Assembly (NCBI GenBank): GCA_030141605.1
Contig: JAQGDQ010000026.1
Location: 992,001 to 1,056,000 of the forward strand
DNA length: 64,000 bases
Source of the DNA: Tubiluchus corallicola
Taxonomy: Eukaryota > Animalia > Priapulida
Direction: 5' to 3'
Under the pieces are notes generated by a model that did not search any database, had not been told where the DNA came from, and worked only from the letters and a program-made list of their open reading frames with translations. A program made the translations under genes and the position numbers. Within the stretch, counting starts at the first letter, position 1. Every line of letters starts with the position of its first letter. This document shows positions 47,649 through 61,141 of the stretch, piece after piece.

Positions 47649-50600
47649 CTGAAAACAAATTAGAAAACAAAGCTATTAGCAATGCTAATGTAATACATTA
47701 TTTACAGACTGGATAAATCAAATTACCTAACTAGGTCATAGAATTCACATCTCGTATAAACTACAAAATCAATAACACAGAAATCAAAATGTGTTGTGAA
47801 ATTTGCTACATCAAGCGACTGCGAATAATGCAATTAGAAATTTCGTAGCTGTGCCTGATAAATATGCTGGTCATAGAGAAATTTTGGTTTTTACACAATG
47901 TTCGTTTAGTTTTATACATTGGTTAAAAACTACTGAAGAATCTATTAAGAAGGCTTCTTAAGCTTTGTAATAGTGCAGTCACATTTTTATTTATCAAGTG
48001 TTTTACACTGTTTTGTACAGTAAATAAAGCAATGTTCAGGGGCTATTGGCACAAATTTTGAACAAAAACAGCCACCATCTTCAAAACTAATGAAATAACC
48101 AACGAGAATATGTTATTTATGCAAATGATTTTTTGTGCACTAATGATATTTGTAAAAAAAACTTGTACAATTTCATCACAGTTCAAGCCACAACTTAGCT
48201 AAAAGAAAAGATTGCCATGGTGCTCGTAACACCCAGCCTGTTATGCACAATGTCTTGCTATAACACATAACAAAACACTGCAGAAAGCTCATTGGTAAAA
48301 TTGGCACTGCTATGGTGACTTAGTGACTCTTTGTCTGCTATCTCAGGGCAGATTAAAAAACACTGCTAAATTGTACTTGCACTATTTGCAGTCCTATGAT
48401 TTTATAGAAAAGAAGTAAACAAGATTATTAGCAATTCTAATTTAGTTTTTTTAGTTTTTCAAACAAGAAATACAGAATAAAATTCAAGCTCGGTCACAGT
48501 ATTTGTCAACATACAAAATTCATTATCAAACATCCGTTACTGCTGCAATGTGACGAAAGTTATTAATAATATTCTTTCAAAAACAAAAAAACTTTCACAT
48601 CCTGAATTGCTCTTGCTATCTTAAAGGAGAAAAACATTTCAACACACAAAAACTGTTGCCCTGTGTATCATTTTAAAACAACTCATTTTGCATAGTGGGT
48701 TATTATTATGGCTTGTTTTTTTTAGTGGTTTCCTTGATCTATAGTTTTGCAGGGGACAGTTTTCCTAAAGATGTAAGATATGTTTATTTAAAACAATAGG
48801 ATTAGAAGCAAACAATAATAAGGGCATAAGTGTGAAGGCAGTGTATGACTAAAAATACTTCCCTTATATACAACATATTGTTAAAAATTACTTTAGGGGT
48901 TGCACACTATGTGTAACAGGGGCGGTGTTATCTGTATATATATTTTTTCACTATGCAAGTTTATGGGAATTAATTAGATAATAGGATATAAGATTAAAAA
49001 TTGTGTCAAACCAAACAGTTGATGTACAGACATTAGACATTGATACACAGGGCTATGAGGAGGAACTTTTTTGATGACACAACTTAGATAAGAAAGATCA
49101 GTATTTCAGCATCAAGTTTCAAAATAAAAATGCTGAGATAGGATAATGCAAAAGAATTGACATGAAACATTAATATACAGGCTTGTGTGAAGAAATGAAT
49201 ACAGTTTCACCACTAACATAAGAATGATTATTTTAACATGAGGTTTGAAAAATTAAAACTGCACTGGAAATAAATGTGTTGATGACACTATTTAAATGAG
49301 AATGGTAACTTTTTTAATAACGGATTTTAAAATAAAAATACTATGCCTGGATAATATGGCTATTGATGCAAAATGAAATGATATCGGGCATTTGTGTACA
49401 AGACTGCATGAAAAAACTATTGTGATTTCACAACTTAAATAAGAATGAAAGTTGTCCCTAAACAAGGTTTAAAAATGAAAGTACTAAGCTTGGGAGATAT
49501 GGGTATTCATGCAAAAGAAATGTATGTAATCATTATACAGAGTTTTTCAAGTAGTAAGGTTTGAAAGATTAGTATCAGAACAGGCAAAGTCAGTCACACA
49601 CACGTGAATAGTGAATGTGAAGACACGCGTGACTATGACAAAAAAACAATAAAAGTCAAAATTTTGTGTAAACTCCTTCTAGAAAAAATAAAAAAAAATC
49701 TTTGGAAGTCTTGAAAAAATGCCCATAAGGAGTAAAAAGACAACTACCTGTAGACGAGTCTTTCTCATATATGCCTGTATTCAGAAAGAAATTTTATGAG
49801 TAGAGGTTTGATTTTAAAAGACCTACAATTCTGCAAGGTCAAATGGGGATCTAGCTCAGTGTTCTTTAATTCCTCTCTCAAGTTTCCACTGAGAAAATAC
49901 ACAGTACCAATATAAGGCACTATAGGTTGTTGTGGCTGCATCATAACTTATTTTCTTGCTTTAACCAGAAACTACAGACAGGATTTTTTTGCACTTACTC
50001 ACTGATAACTTCAGAATGAATGCTACAGTGACAAATTTCATAATTATGACTTTTTTCAGAATGTTCTGAGAACTTTGCTAACTTACAAGAGTCTCCAGGC
50101 AAACAAACTCTTAATAACCATAAAACTTAAAAAGAAAACAAACTGATCTGGAAAAACAAACAAACACAATGGATAGCTAGCAGGCATAAAGCACTGATTC
50201 AGCAAAGAATCTGAGTAATACCACTTCCGCTTTCTTTAGGTTGCATGCAACTCAAACTAAATGCCAGACTATTGCATAACACCCATTTTAAAGTTACTAG
50301 ACAAAAAGGAATGTTCATAAGTGCATTCCTTAGTGTACATAATTTATCTATGTTATTCTGTCTGTACCTCTTTTTCTGTTCAATTGGTTTTCGTTTTGTG
50401 TGCTTAATCATCTGGTAACGCCCAATTCTCATGGGTGGGCGAGATATTTTCAAACCAACATAATGCATCCTGGAATAAAACAAAAAGTGTTTTAGAATTA
50501 ACAAATTACTGTTAATGTCTATTTAACATATTTAAAAGCTCAAAAAATATTTTAATAATTAATGATGTAGTAATAACTAGTATTCTTTAGGTAAAACCCA

Positions 50601-53600
50601 AAGTTATCTTTTAAAAGATATTTCCGTGAAGTTTGCCGATATTAATTTTATGACTATAAATCTCTAAAATGAAATACATGAAAGAGCCAGCCTCTCGGAA
50701 TCAACATGCTGTTTACTGACACAGACGATCATTTCAACACAAACGTCATTATCAATGCTAGAAATTAAGCCAAAAGAAATAATTAGTACATTTACGACAC
50801 TGCAATTACCAAGGCAGAAAATCATTGCACCATCAGAAGAGTGAAATTTAAATTACCAGGCATATCTACTTGTATTCTGGTAACTTATACTTCACTCTCT
50901 TGATTTAGTAATAAATTTGCACTTTGGTAATTGCATTTGTTTTGGCTTAATTTCTAGCACTAATAATGATAATTGTGTTGAAACGATCATCTGTGCTCAA
51001 TAAACAGCATATTGAATCAATATCTACAGTTACACCTTTGACAGTTTTTCCATGGTTAGGCAGAATATTTGTTCTTGCATGCCTTTATTCTTACAATTTT
51101 TCACTTTGAATTTGAAGTGTCTGTAATTACTATAAAATTACATTTCGTTTAAGATTTGTCACAAAAACTAATAGCATTTTAATTTAAATTGCTAGCAAGG
51201 CACAAAATTGTCAATAAAACAAAGCCAAGCATTTGGCAAGAGTGCACAAGAAAAACTGAGAAATTATAAATTATGGGAATTTTTGTCCGCGAAAACAAAT
51301 TGACTAAAAACATAATCTGTAATACTTTTCCACTAGAGTGCAAATTCTGATTCCAATCTGTAAAAGCAATTTGAAAGTGTGTCGCTAGGCAACCAGAGCA
51401 CCCACCAATGGATTTATAGCCTTATTATCCATGGTAATATAGTTATATGACAGTAAACTATTACAGTTATGGGTTAGTGCCTTATCATAAATACCATACA
51501 CTACTTTAAGAACAAAAGAGGAGCGACTTGCATATCAGCTGGGTAAATCTCACTCAAGCTCATAATCACAGACATTGACCTAATCAACACTCAAAATAAT
51601 TATTTCTGATTGCTGCCTAGTTAAAGCAAATGCAGTTCCTTTTAAATAACTACATGTTTATTATTGTGTTAGAAGACCATGCAATGCCGGGAAAATAATT
51701 AATGCAATTAAATAACCTTTGTTTTTCTAGCTTTTTATGTGGCACATTAGTATTTATGCTTCTATAGTTCTATACTTCTGTATCATTTACAGCTCTGTGA
51801 CAAGCTCTGGGATCTATGTTACAAAATTTGCAGAAAGCTCTGCTAAAAATTATTATTATTACTGCTAACTTTGGAATATTTCTTTCATTTGGAATATTAG
51901 ACATAATTATACATTTTTAACTAATTAGGTTTCTCATTTAGAATAGATCTGTTTTTATAACGCTCTAATTTAATAATTATGTTCCATATTAAATAAATTA
52001 CTGGTTGTTATTGATTGACTGGTACAAGCTAGTCTAGAAAGAATTTGAGACAAAATAGATGGATGAAAGCAGCGTGCTACTAGTGATAGCAATGAGGAGG
52101 TTTATTTGCAATTGACACTAATAACCTGTAGTCTTATTAATTGCATAGATAAATGTTGATGGCAAACTGTTGTAGGCCAAACCTCAAATAGTACATCCTA
52201 TTAATTTTAGTAAATGGAACATCTTTGTTTGTCAAAATGTGAAAAACCATATTTTGTAAATTAAACCTTAAAATAACTAATCTTCTATTCTGGTACCCTG
52301 ACGATAGCATGTTTCGAAAATTCTAAAAAAAATTCTCCAGTTACTTCATTGCAAGTAGGTGGCAAGTTAACAAATTTGGCAGGAAGTTATTCTGCTGAAC
52401 CAGCACATAAAACCCACATGTTTCTTGACACAGTTGTTACGTCAAGGATCCTTGGGGTTTGTGCAACACCTGAAAAAATGGTGAAGCAACTTGTGATAAT
52501 CCATCCCAATGTTTTCATTAGCATTTATGCTCCTTCAGGAACAGTTGCACCCATGTGAAGGAATTTCTTAAGAAGTCCTATATTTCCGCCGGCACTGCTA
52601 GTTGGAATGCTTAGAATTTGCTGCAATATTGAACCTAGTTAACGAAGAAGCTTGAAAAAAAGCCATTTCTAAAAAAATGCAGAATTGCACGTTTTGTATT
52701 AAGCAAATATATTTATTATTTATTTGTTATTTACCTACGTAAACTGGGTTACATGGCCACATGGCCTAGTTCGTATTTTTTTAGTTACGTAAACTGGGTT
52801 ACATGGCCACATGGTCTAGTTTGTATTTTTTAGATTTAGAGTGTTACAGTCTCTTAATTAAAGCAAGGTTTAAGGTAAATTTAGAAGGAACATCATGCAG
52901 TACATGTTATATATAAAACACGTTAGACTATATAAAGATATGAGTATCTCCTCTCATAAGTCCTGGTAATGTAATTAATAGACACCCTAATTCATATCAA
53001 TGAGTTTCTATGAAAATGCTAAAAACACAGGTCTAAAGAATACTGATAAAACAGCAACAGAATTACTCTCGATTAATTTTTTGAGTGATAGTAGTATTCC
53101 ACTGCAGTTAATTTGCTACACTGAGTCTACACACATCATAAAGTATCCTTGTCTGTCACCTACTTATAATTATTTTATACGGGTAATGTTACCTGTTGGC
53201 CATATCATCATCTTCAGCACCCCAACCCCAGTACATATTGGAATATCCATTTACTAGTAAAAAGTGTTCTAGTCGAATTGCTAACACCCCTCCAACTAGA
53301 TCCATATATGGCATCCTGCAACAAAAAGGAAAGTGATGTACTAAAATTAATGTCAACAGCCTGTGAAATCTATAGATTAAAGTCAACTACAGTACTTATC
53401 ATTTGCGGCAGACCTTCTATAATGTCTAGAAGAAAATTTTTGAATAATGAGTAAGTATTGCATTTACTATACACTACAAATGACAGTTATTTAGACAATA
53501 ATGACACTTTGTATCGTGACAATAGAGAGCATTACCCAGAAAAAGTACTAAAAATTGCTGCTAGTGTACTTTGTATGCATTCTACTGCAGCGAAGACTAA

Positions 53601-56600
53601 GTTGAAATGTTATGATTCGCTGACAGTTACATTCAGGTTATGCTTCATATTAACAGTCAAACTCTACATGCAACTTCATTCACTCAGCTGACAATAAAAT
53701 TAGCTACTGCTTTTAACTCTGTATCACAATCATATCAATATCAGAGATCTCTTTTGGTGTACACCTTAGTACCACAACTCACGTCAGGACTATCATTTAT
53801 CATCCTAACATGCCACTACTCTCCCACTGACTCTGTGGTACCCTAACCAGTAAGTACCCCGCTATCCCTACCTCAGTAATCTCACCCACTAAAAATCAAT
53901 AAGGCAAGTACTTCCAACGCAGTAAACACATACAATGTTGAATTTGAGTTTCATAAATATAATGTATTCAGGGAAAATTGGAGCACATTATATACACAAA
54001 TTTTGAGTCAGAAGCTGCTTCAAAACTCATTAACATTATTAATTAACATTATGATTATAAGAAACAATGTCTTTGCAATTGCACATGCCACAAAGTTACT
54101 TTAGGTAACAAAATAATCATTTGATGCATCATAACAGGTTATCAAAAATCAGTAGTAGCCGTAACAGGAAACCAAAATTGTGAATGAAAACATTCAACAG
54201 GTAATATAACTGTGCAAACAGTTCTAAATTTGGACTACACTACTGCACAGTGTTGGCACAATAAGGGCAAAATTGATCGTACGGAAAACGAAGATATCAA
54301 GTAAAAATAGGATAGTGTTTGAAGTACTTTATGCAAGCAGAACAGAAAAAGAGTGAGAGAGAGAGAGAGTGAGAGAAATACAGTAAGAGAGAGGGATACA
54401 TAGAGAGAGAAACAGTCAGAGAAAAGAGAGCGTGGGGTAGAGGATAGGGAGACTGACAAGTAGAGGGAGAAAGAGAGGGAGAGAGAGATAGAGAGAGAGA
54501 GCTGGCTATGCAGAGAGAAATAAACTAGGAAATGATTCTGTTTAGACCGCTGCGAAGACTGCTCTTAGCCTATCAACACGTTTTAGGTCATCCATACATG
54601 CATTCAAGTACAAAACAAACCTTCATGCATATCAGCTTTAATAATATGGTGTGCAGAATAACCAACAGATTCATTTTGAAAATGTAGTGGGGGTAGAATA
54701 ACTTTGGCCTTTAATAGTCTACCCGAGACAGAAAACGAAATCCAACTTTAAAAGAAACTTGATAAACAATCGCCATTTTCTTATTTCTGACAAATCGCTT
54801 TGTTTAGAGACAAGATTCCCAGAATTAAATACTGACAAACTTAGTAAAGACTGGAGACGTAAGGCTATTGATTTCAGATTTGAAGTGACTTAGGATTCCA
54901 TTCGCATCAGAGATACTGAACAAACTCTTAGATATGGCTATTGATTCTCCGCTGTTAACAACCACAATGGGTAACATGTTCATCGGTGAAGCATTCATGT
55001 ATTGGGAATGGTAGACATGTATGAGCCGGGCTTAAGTGCTTTCTTTTATTACTTATTCAACTTTCACATTGATTCACGTGAAACTGAGAATGCATTCAGT
55101 GCATACCACTCAAATGACCCACAAGCAAGACAAATGCAAGCATAATACTCCTTTACTACATTGATAAATATTGTACATGAGAATGTAAATAGTTTTGGAC
55201 ACATCATGCCCTGTACACGAAACATGCTACAAAAATCATTTTCGTACGCGAGTAAGATGATACTATAAAGCTAAGTCCAAGTACGAGTTCCACTAAGACT
55301 GTAAGCATGTGCAAACAAAAATATAAGGTTCATATTCAGATTCTCCAACTCTCGGGAATCTTGTATCATCTCAAGTAGCGACATGCTCAAGTTTCATAAA
55401 GCTAAGCCCGCCATGGCCCACTAATGTAAACAAAAATTTAGAAACGTGTGGAAATTAGTCTTTGCTCGAACTGTCTCGTTTATGCACGTGCAGTTTCCGG
55501 GAGGTGCACTTCCGCCCCCAATCATCGTACAGCAAGTTGCGGAAGAATGACAACAGCTTGTAATACAGACACAAGCTACCGCTACATCTCTAAATTACCA
55601 GCAGTACAGTTAATTAAACAGGTTTTACACCTGCCATCGCCTTTGAAAGAGGGAAGCAGCCTTCATGCAGGGACGCCAGCAAGACGCAATAATAGCATAA
55701 CGGACGACTGCAAATCACAAAAGGTTCATTCGTTTCTATGTAGAGAGGGGGAGGACTAAATTTTAACTGCTCATGAAATTTGCGGAAGGGGGAGGGGTAA
55801 ATTTTAACTCATGTCTCATGAAATTTTTAACAAGAACGCATAAGTTAGAAATGCCAGTTGGTTCCAGTCGCCAGACCGTCGATTTTATGATTTTAGAACT
55901 ATTTAAGTATACATATATAAAGTTTACATCCGCAAAAATGTTCATGAGATAGGGAAACACGCTTAATATCGATTAGTGTTTAAATTTAAAGATTAATTAT
56001 CATGGGTGGGCCAAAGAAACAGGGTTTACTATTTTACCGCGCTCTATTGTCTTAAATACACACCTTTCTGTTATGCAAATTGTAAAGAAACTTGATGAAA
56101 TTCGTATACAAAAATTAGTTTTTAGGATGAAACCTATGAAGACGTTATAGGTTCCTATGAAACCTATACTGAATGATATACAGTACTGAAAATTTCGAGG
56201 AAATAAGCAAAAAAATAATATATTAGTGAAAAACAACTTTTGACACCTACAAAAATTACAGTTACACAAATTTGAGCTTAAAGGAAATAACTCAGTTCTC
56301 CTTTGATTTCTTGAGTTAATAATATTCATATTTGGACAATTTGCGGAAGGGTATACAAAGTAATCCTATATAGGAAATTACTGTGACATTTGGGGGGGGG
56401 GAGAAATGATGACAGCCACATGGTCTGTCTTTAATCCAATAGATCTGGTGCAATCAAATGATGCATTATTGAAGGCAATATTAGCAGACTTGTTGTGCGT
56501 CGAATATATGAACACGTGACTAAGCTCTAGCCTCTAGAGAACACTTACATGGTCCGCAAATGCACTGCTTTGCTGCAGTGCATAGTCACTTACATTAAAT

Positions 56601-59600
56601 TTTAAAAATGTAAATAAAACATGCTGTAAGGGAGGTAGGACATTTGCTTGCAAGATGATTTAATGATTCATACTAGGTCAATAAATTCCTGTAGTGGCAC
56701 TCGCAGTGTTATGTCACACAGCTACAGTGCTGTAAATAAGTGGAATAACCAGTCCTTCCTATTGAGTGCCAGATAACTTTTCTGGAGCAAATATTTTTGG
56801 TACAGTACAAGGGACATCCTCGTGGCCTAACCCATAATTTAATTTGCTAAACATAATGCTAAATTAACAGAATTTCAATAGTTGTTGCAAAGAAGCACTA
56901 CAGCAAGCTGCATTATTTGATTGAATCGAACTTAAACCCTTATTTCAGAATTTCATCTATATAAACCTAGAATCTTCTGATTGCTGGATAGCGTTTCTAT
57001 ACAGCTTTGTAACTTGATTAACTTCCAATTTTCTTGTGATATTATCGGAAGTGTCACTAGTAACTGAGCCTAACAGGCTCACACAACAATGATAGTAAAA
57101 CCAGTAGACAGCTGCTGTGCCCGCATGAACAAGAAAAGCGAGAAGTGTACCATCGTCAAGCGCTAGACGAAAGTGAGAGATTGAATCGCTATAACCTCCA
57201 TTAGCGATTATGAAAAATGCTCCGAGTCTAAATTACATTGGCTTCCATCCATGCGGTTCTCTGCTCTGACTAATAGCGGAAATGAGGGTGGAAAATGGAT
57301 TGCTGTCGTCACTAGAGACCCACGCCACGCCCACTATTCTAGCCGTGTGTATAAAGCGTGCTAAGCAGAATTTACTTAGTGAGACAAAATTTGAATCCAC
57401 GGGAAAACAGTTCTGCAAGTTTCCCTTGCACGTAATAATGAATAAAATGTAGGAATAAAATGATCACTGAATAAGTCAATACTGAAAATATTTTTTCATG
57501 ACACAGTGACAAGTACATATCCTGTATGAAGAGATAACTTTCCAGTCATGGACAGACCCAGAAAAATGCATGTCATGGAAGGATCTACATCTACATTTTG
57601 CATTGCATGTAGAAAATTCCATTCTGAAAACTCCCTGCTACTCCATTGTTTTGCAGCTTAGTGGCAAACAACCTTTTTCTAAAGTCACACAAATAATCCT
57701 CCAAATCAACAATTATGTCTTCAAAACCATCTAGCACCCTTCAACTCTTCAAGAATGTTATCCAAAAATAACTGTGTGCTCAGCAGCAAATTTAAGGGAC
57801 AGGGTCAACCTCATGCTAAAAGCTGTGGATTTAACACTGAGAGAATGACAAACACCTTTTTGGGGAGGGCAATAAAAATATTTCTAAATTCGACAAACCA
57901 ACATTGAGATTGAATACAATAAAGACAAAAACACTACATTATTAGAAATCGTCGCAAAATAAATGTGGTAAATTGCATTAACGTGAAATTATTATAAGAA
58001 CATCACAGATTATTAATTACCTCAGGCGAATCAACAAAGCAAAAAATTGTAATAAGCATAAAATACTGGTTAATACTTGGTCTGTATGTCATACCATAAA
58101 CAACCAACCTACCATTCTACCTACTTAAAACTGACAAACGGTTAATAATTTAAAAACTGACGTAATACTTAAAGAAAGATTAAAAAAGGTTTTTTTCTGT
58201 CGCCATGCCATTAAAGTGAGGTGGTGGGGTAGCAGCTGCTGCCTAATGCTCCTGGCAGTCCTAGTCATATTTCACCAAAAGCACGATAACCGTGCATGTA
58301 GTCTTGTAAAATTTGTTTAGCCAGGCGAACCACTAAAACAACTTACTAGCATGTATGCAGCACCTGTAGGCTGCAGTCTTAGTTTTACGTGGAGGCACGG
58401 AATTGATTTTGCAAACAATATGCTCTGAAGGACAATGTGACCTTCAGTTTTGAAGTTTCCTGCAAGCAAAGTCACAGGTTTTATTCATTTAACCAAATAA
58501 ACTGAAAATTGACTTTAGTGTCTGAAACATCAAACCCACAACAAGGTTGACAAAAATCCATGTAGTAGCTATATTGTAGCTAAAAGATATAATGTAACAC
58601 GTCACAGAGAACAGGGAGGCATAACTTAATTAGTCAAATTAACATCATTCATCGTTAAAAAGATGTTTGAAAAGTTTTATACTTACTTATAATTGAATTC
58701 GTTAATTGCGACAGACATGTGGCGTGGATGAGAAGGACAACTATACATATTGCGGTCATCCTCCGGGATGAGGTCTACGTCGTGGAAGATGACACACTGA
58801 AAACTGAAGAGCTTCAGCGCCTCTTTGAAAGCAGCATTCATGATCATGGCCTTATTGAAGGTGTCATTACCATACTGAAAGTTAATAAAAAATAAAAATA
58901 TATCATTACACCGAATATCAGTACGTCAATTCAGTTAGAAAAGAAATATTTTTAACAAAAGATATTTTTCTAATGTTAAATTTATGATCGCACAGATTAC
59001 ATTGTTGCTGTTTTTTGACTTAAATGTCTCTTTATTTTGTTTTTGAAATCATTATTGTAGTACTGGATATAATATTCATCTTAGAACGCTAACTACAGAG
59101 CAATTACTTTCAAATCATGGGGTATGCAATGTCCCACAAGATGCCCACTAGCCACAGTAAAAAGTGTTACTACCAAAGCTTGAAGGTAAAACTCATTAAA
59201 CTATATCATAGTAATGCGTTTGGCATCTTCATTACATAAGCCGTTTTCATGAAAGTTAGTTTTTGTTTTATTGTTTTGCTCTTGCAATTATACTTTTAGT
59301 TTTAGTGTTAACACAGGGAAGGTGGCAAAATAATAATTTTGTTGTTTGTACCATGGTACTGAGGTATTTTTATTTGAGGTAATTTGTAATAAACGTTTTT
59401 TTATTTAATTGCAAGCTGCTGTGAAATTAATCGATGTGCAACTACATTTGCCACAGTTTATCCCACGACATACGTTGCAATTATGGTAAATCTGTCATCG
59501 CTGTCCGCTCTTTAATAAGAGCAGATTAAAACTGTGCCTCTGTCATCGACTGTTTGTTAACATTCGTTACCATAGCAACATATCAGGTGTCGGAACAGCA

Positions 59601-61046
59601 ATCTGCTGATAATGAAAACTGCATGTAAAAGGTTCATGGCGCTTACTCTTTGGCTTCAAGTTTATATAGAACCTTGGGTAAATCACCAATAATGACAAGA
59701 TAAAATTAATGAAAAAAACAATTAAATTAAGTATTTCTTAATTGTTTGTTTAGTTTTGTTTCTCTTAGTGTTATGTTTGTTATTTATGCCTCGTTTGTTA
59801 GCAAAATTCGATAAAATACTTGATCATTGTGGTTTTTTCTATTAAGTGAATTAAACAAGTTAACAGGCTTCAAATTTTAAACACTAGTGTTTTCATAAAA
59901 ACGTTTGGCTTCTTAACACTTTGTTTTCCTGACAAATTATACTTTTCTGAAAATAAACTCTTTAAAATCGACCCAATTAATCTATAATGTTTATCGTTTC
60001 TATAACCAAAGTCCAAAATCTCAAGTGAAATTGCGACACTGTAGACAGCACCATTGGCTACATGTCATTCTCCATAGATATTCTGTTGACATAAATGCGA
60101 CATTACAAAGGCATTTGTCAAGGTTTAATTTGGCATATAAACCTAGCATGAGGCACAACGGTAGAATCAATAGCCTGCCTCTAATTGACTTATTGTGCAT
60201 ACACCACATCTATGCAGGGACAAAAAGCTTCTTCAAACCATGTCTGTGGCTCAAACCAGAACCAGTTTCTCGGAGGAGCTATAGCTAATAAATCTGATTA
60301 GAATAAAATCCACTTGAATGCATACAGGGTATTCTTAACACGCACTAACTGTTGATTCCTGCGGGGGGGGGGAGTGTAATTCATGATCCTACCGAAATGA
60401 AGCCGCAATCATGTAATTGTAGATTTTGGCTTCTTTCTGGTCATAAATTATCCGGCACAGGAATCTGCTAGCATAGCAGTTAAAGATGAACTGCAATGAC
60501 GGTAATTCACATTTTAAGTATTTCGAGGACCTAAAGCTTAGTACTATAGTTTGCCTATAGTTTGCACAGGTTCACTGTTTAAAAAAACGAGGCAAAGATG
60601 AAAAATGTAGACACAGTATTACAAAGACAGGTGAGCACATCCTACCAGAAATCGTATTTAAATCTTTGAATCCATAATAAACCTAGCACAGATCATCCGT
60701 ATATTGTTATACGAATCCGTAATTTTGGGTTCGTATCCAATTCGAATAAAAGTACACTCGAATCGAATTAAAATGAAAGATATTCACCGCAAATTACAAA
60801 CCTGTTCTGCAACGACGACACGATAATCTAGCTGCTGCCTTTGCAATATCGGATGTAAATGAGCCAAAGCTGTGGTAAGATGCTCCTCTCTGTCTCGATA
60901 AGGTATGATAATGAGTACACGATGACGGGCTCGGCAATGAGATGGGTGCCCGGTTCCTCCCGGAAGGATGCCTGGATTTTCGTTGAGGATGTTCTGCTGT
61001 GTGTGATGATGTTTCCCCGGGGTGAGGTCAATGTTTAGGTGCCCTT
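47495..61046 (-). CDS. GT7-family beta-1,4-galactosyl/N-acetylhexosaminyltransferase, B4GALT/bre-4-like paralogue B (5' end not found, probably beyond the window)
   Basis: Minus-strand exons 61046-60802, 58874-58687, 53315-53193, 50469-50368, 47648-47495 join in phase. Motifs IIPYRDR, FNKA, FHDVDLIPEDD, YMDLVGGV, NGYSNMYWGWGAEDDD, GRYQMIKH, DGLNS. No in-window exon encoding the transmembrane anchor was found. Confidence 0.94.
50368..50469 (-). CDS. GT7 paralogue B exon
   Basis: MHYVGLKISRPPMRIGRYQMIKHTKRKPIEQKK. Confidence 0.93.
50703..51013. mobile_element. Fold-back MITE (~310-bp imperfect palindrome) in a GT7 paralogue B intron
   Basis: Arms pair throughout, e.g. ATGCTGTTTA/TAAACAGCAT, TGCTAGAAATTAAGCCAAAA/TTTTGGCTTAATTTCTAGCA, TGCAATTACCAA/TTGGTAATTGCA, AGAGTGAA/TTCACTCT. 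Confidence 0.7.
52736..52833. repeat. 50-bp tandem duplication
   Basis: TACGTAAACTGGGTTACATGGCCACATGG.CTAGTT.GTATTTTTT twice. Confidence 0.9.
53193..53315 (-). CDS. GT7 paralogue B exon
   Basis: MPYMDLVGGV...WGWGAEDDDMAN; 123 nt like the paralogue A exon. Confidence 0.94.
54350..54520. repeat. Degenerate (GA)n tract
   Basis: GA-rich purine run. Confidence 0.8.
54700..55000 (-). mobile_element. Highly decayed LINE ORF2 fragment
   Basis: Minus frame DANGI...KMAIVYQVSFKVG...DY*RP echoes GPDGI...WKxAxVxPIxKxG..NYRP; several stops. Confidence 0.3.
58687..58874 (-). CDS. GT7 paralogue B exon
   Basis: YGNDTFNKAMIMN...FHDVDLIPEDDRNMYSC...PRHMSVAINEFNY; 188 nt like the paralogue A exon. Confidence 0.94.
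60802..61046 (-). CDS. GT7 paralogue B exon
   Basis: GHLNIDL...NPGILPGGTGHPSHCRARHRVLIIIPYRDR...QRQQLDYRVVVAEQ. Confidence 0.92.
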
Positions 61047-61093
61047 CTGAAATGCCAAATGCGAAATTTAGTGTCGTACAAAAATGAGGTTGC

Positions 61094-61141
61094 TGCAGAC
61101 TAGATAAACGTGTATGATGCAGACTAGATAAACGTGTATGA
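61094..61141. repeat. 24-bp tandem duplication
   Basis: TGCAGACTAGATAAACGTGTATGA twice. Confidence 0.9.
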
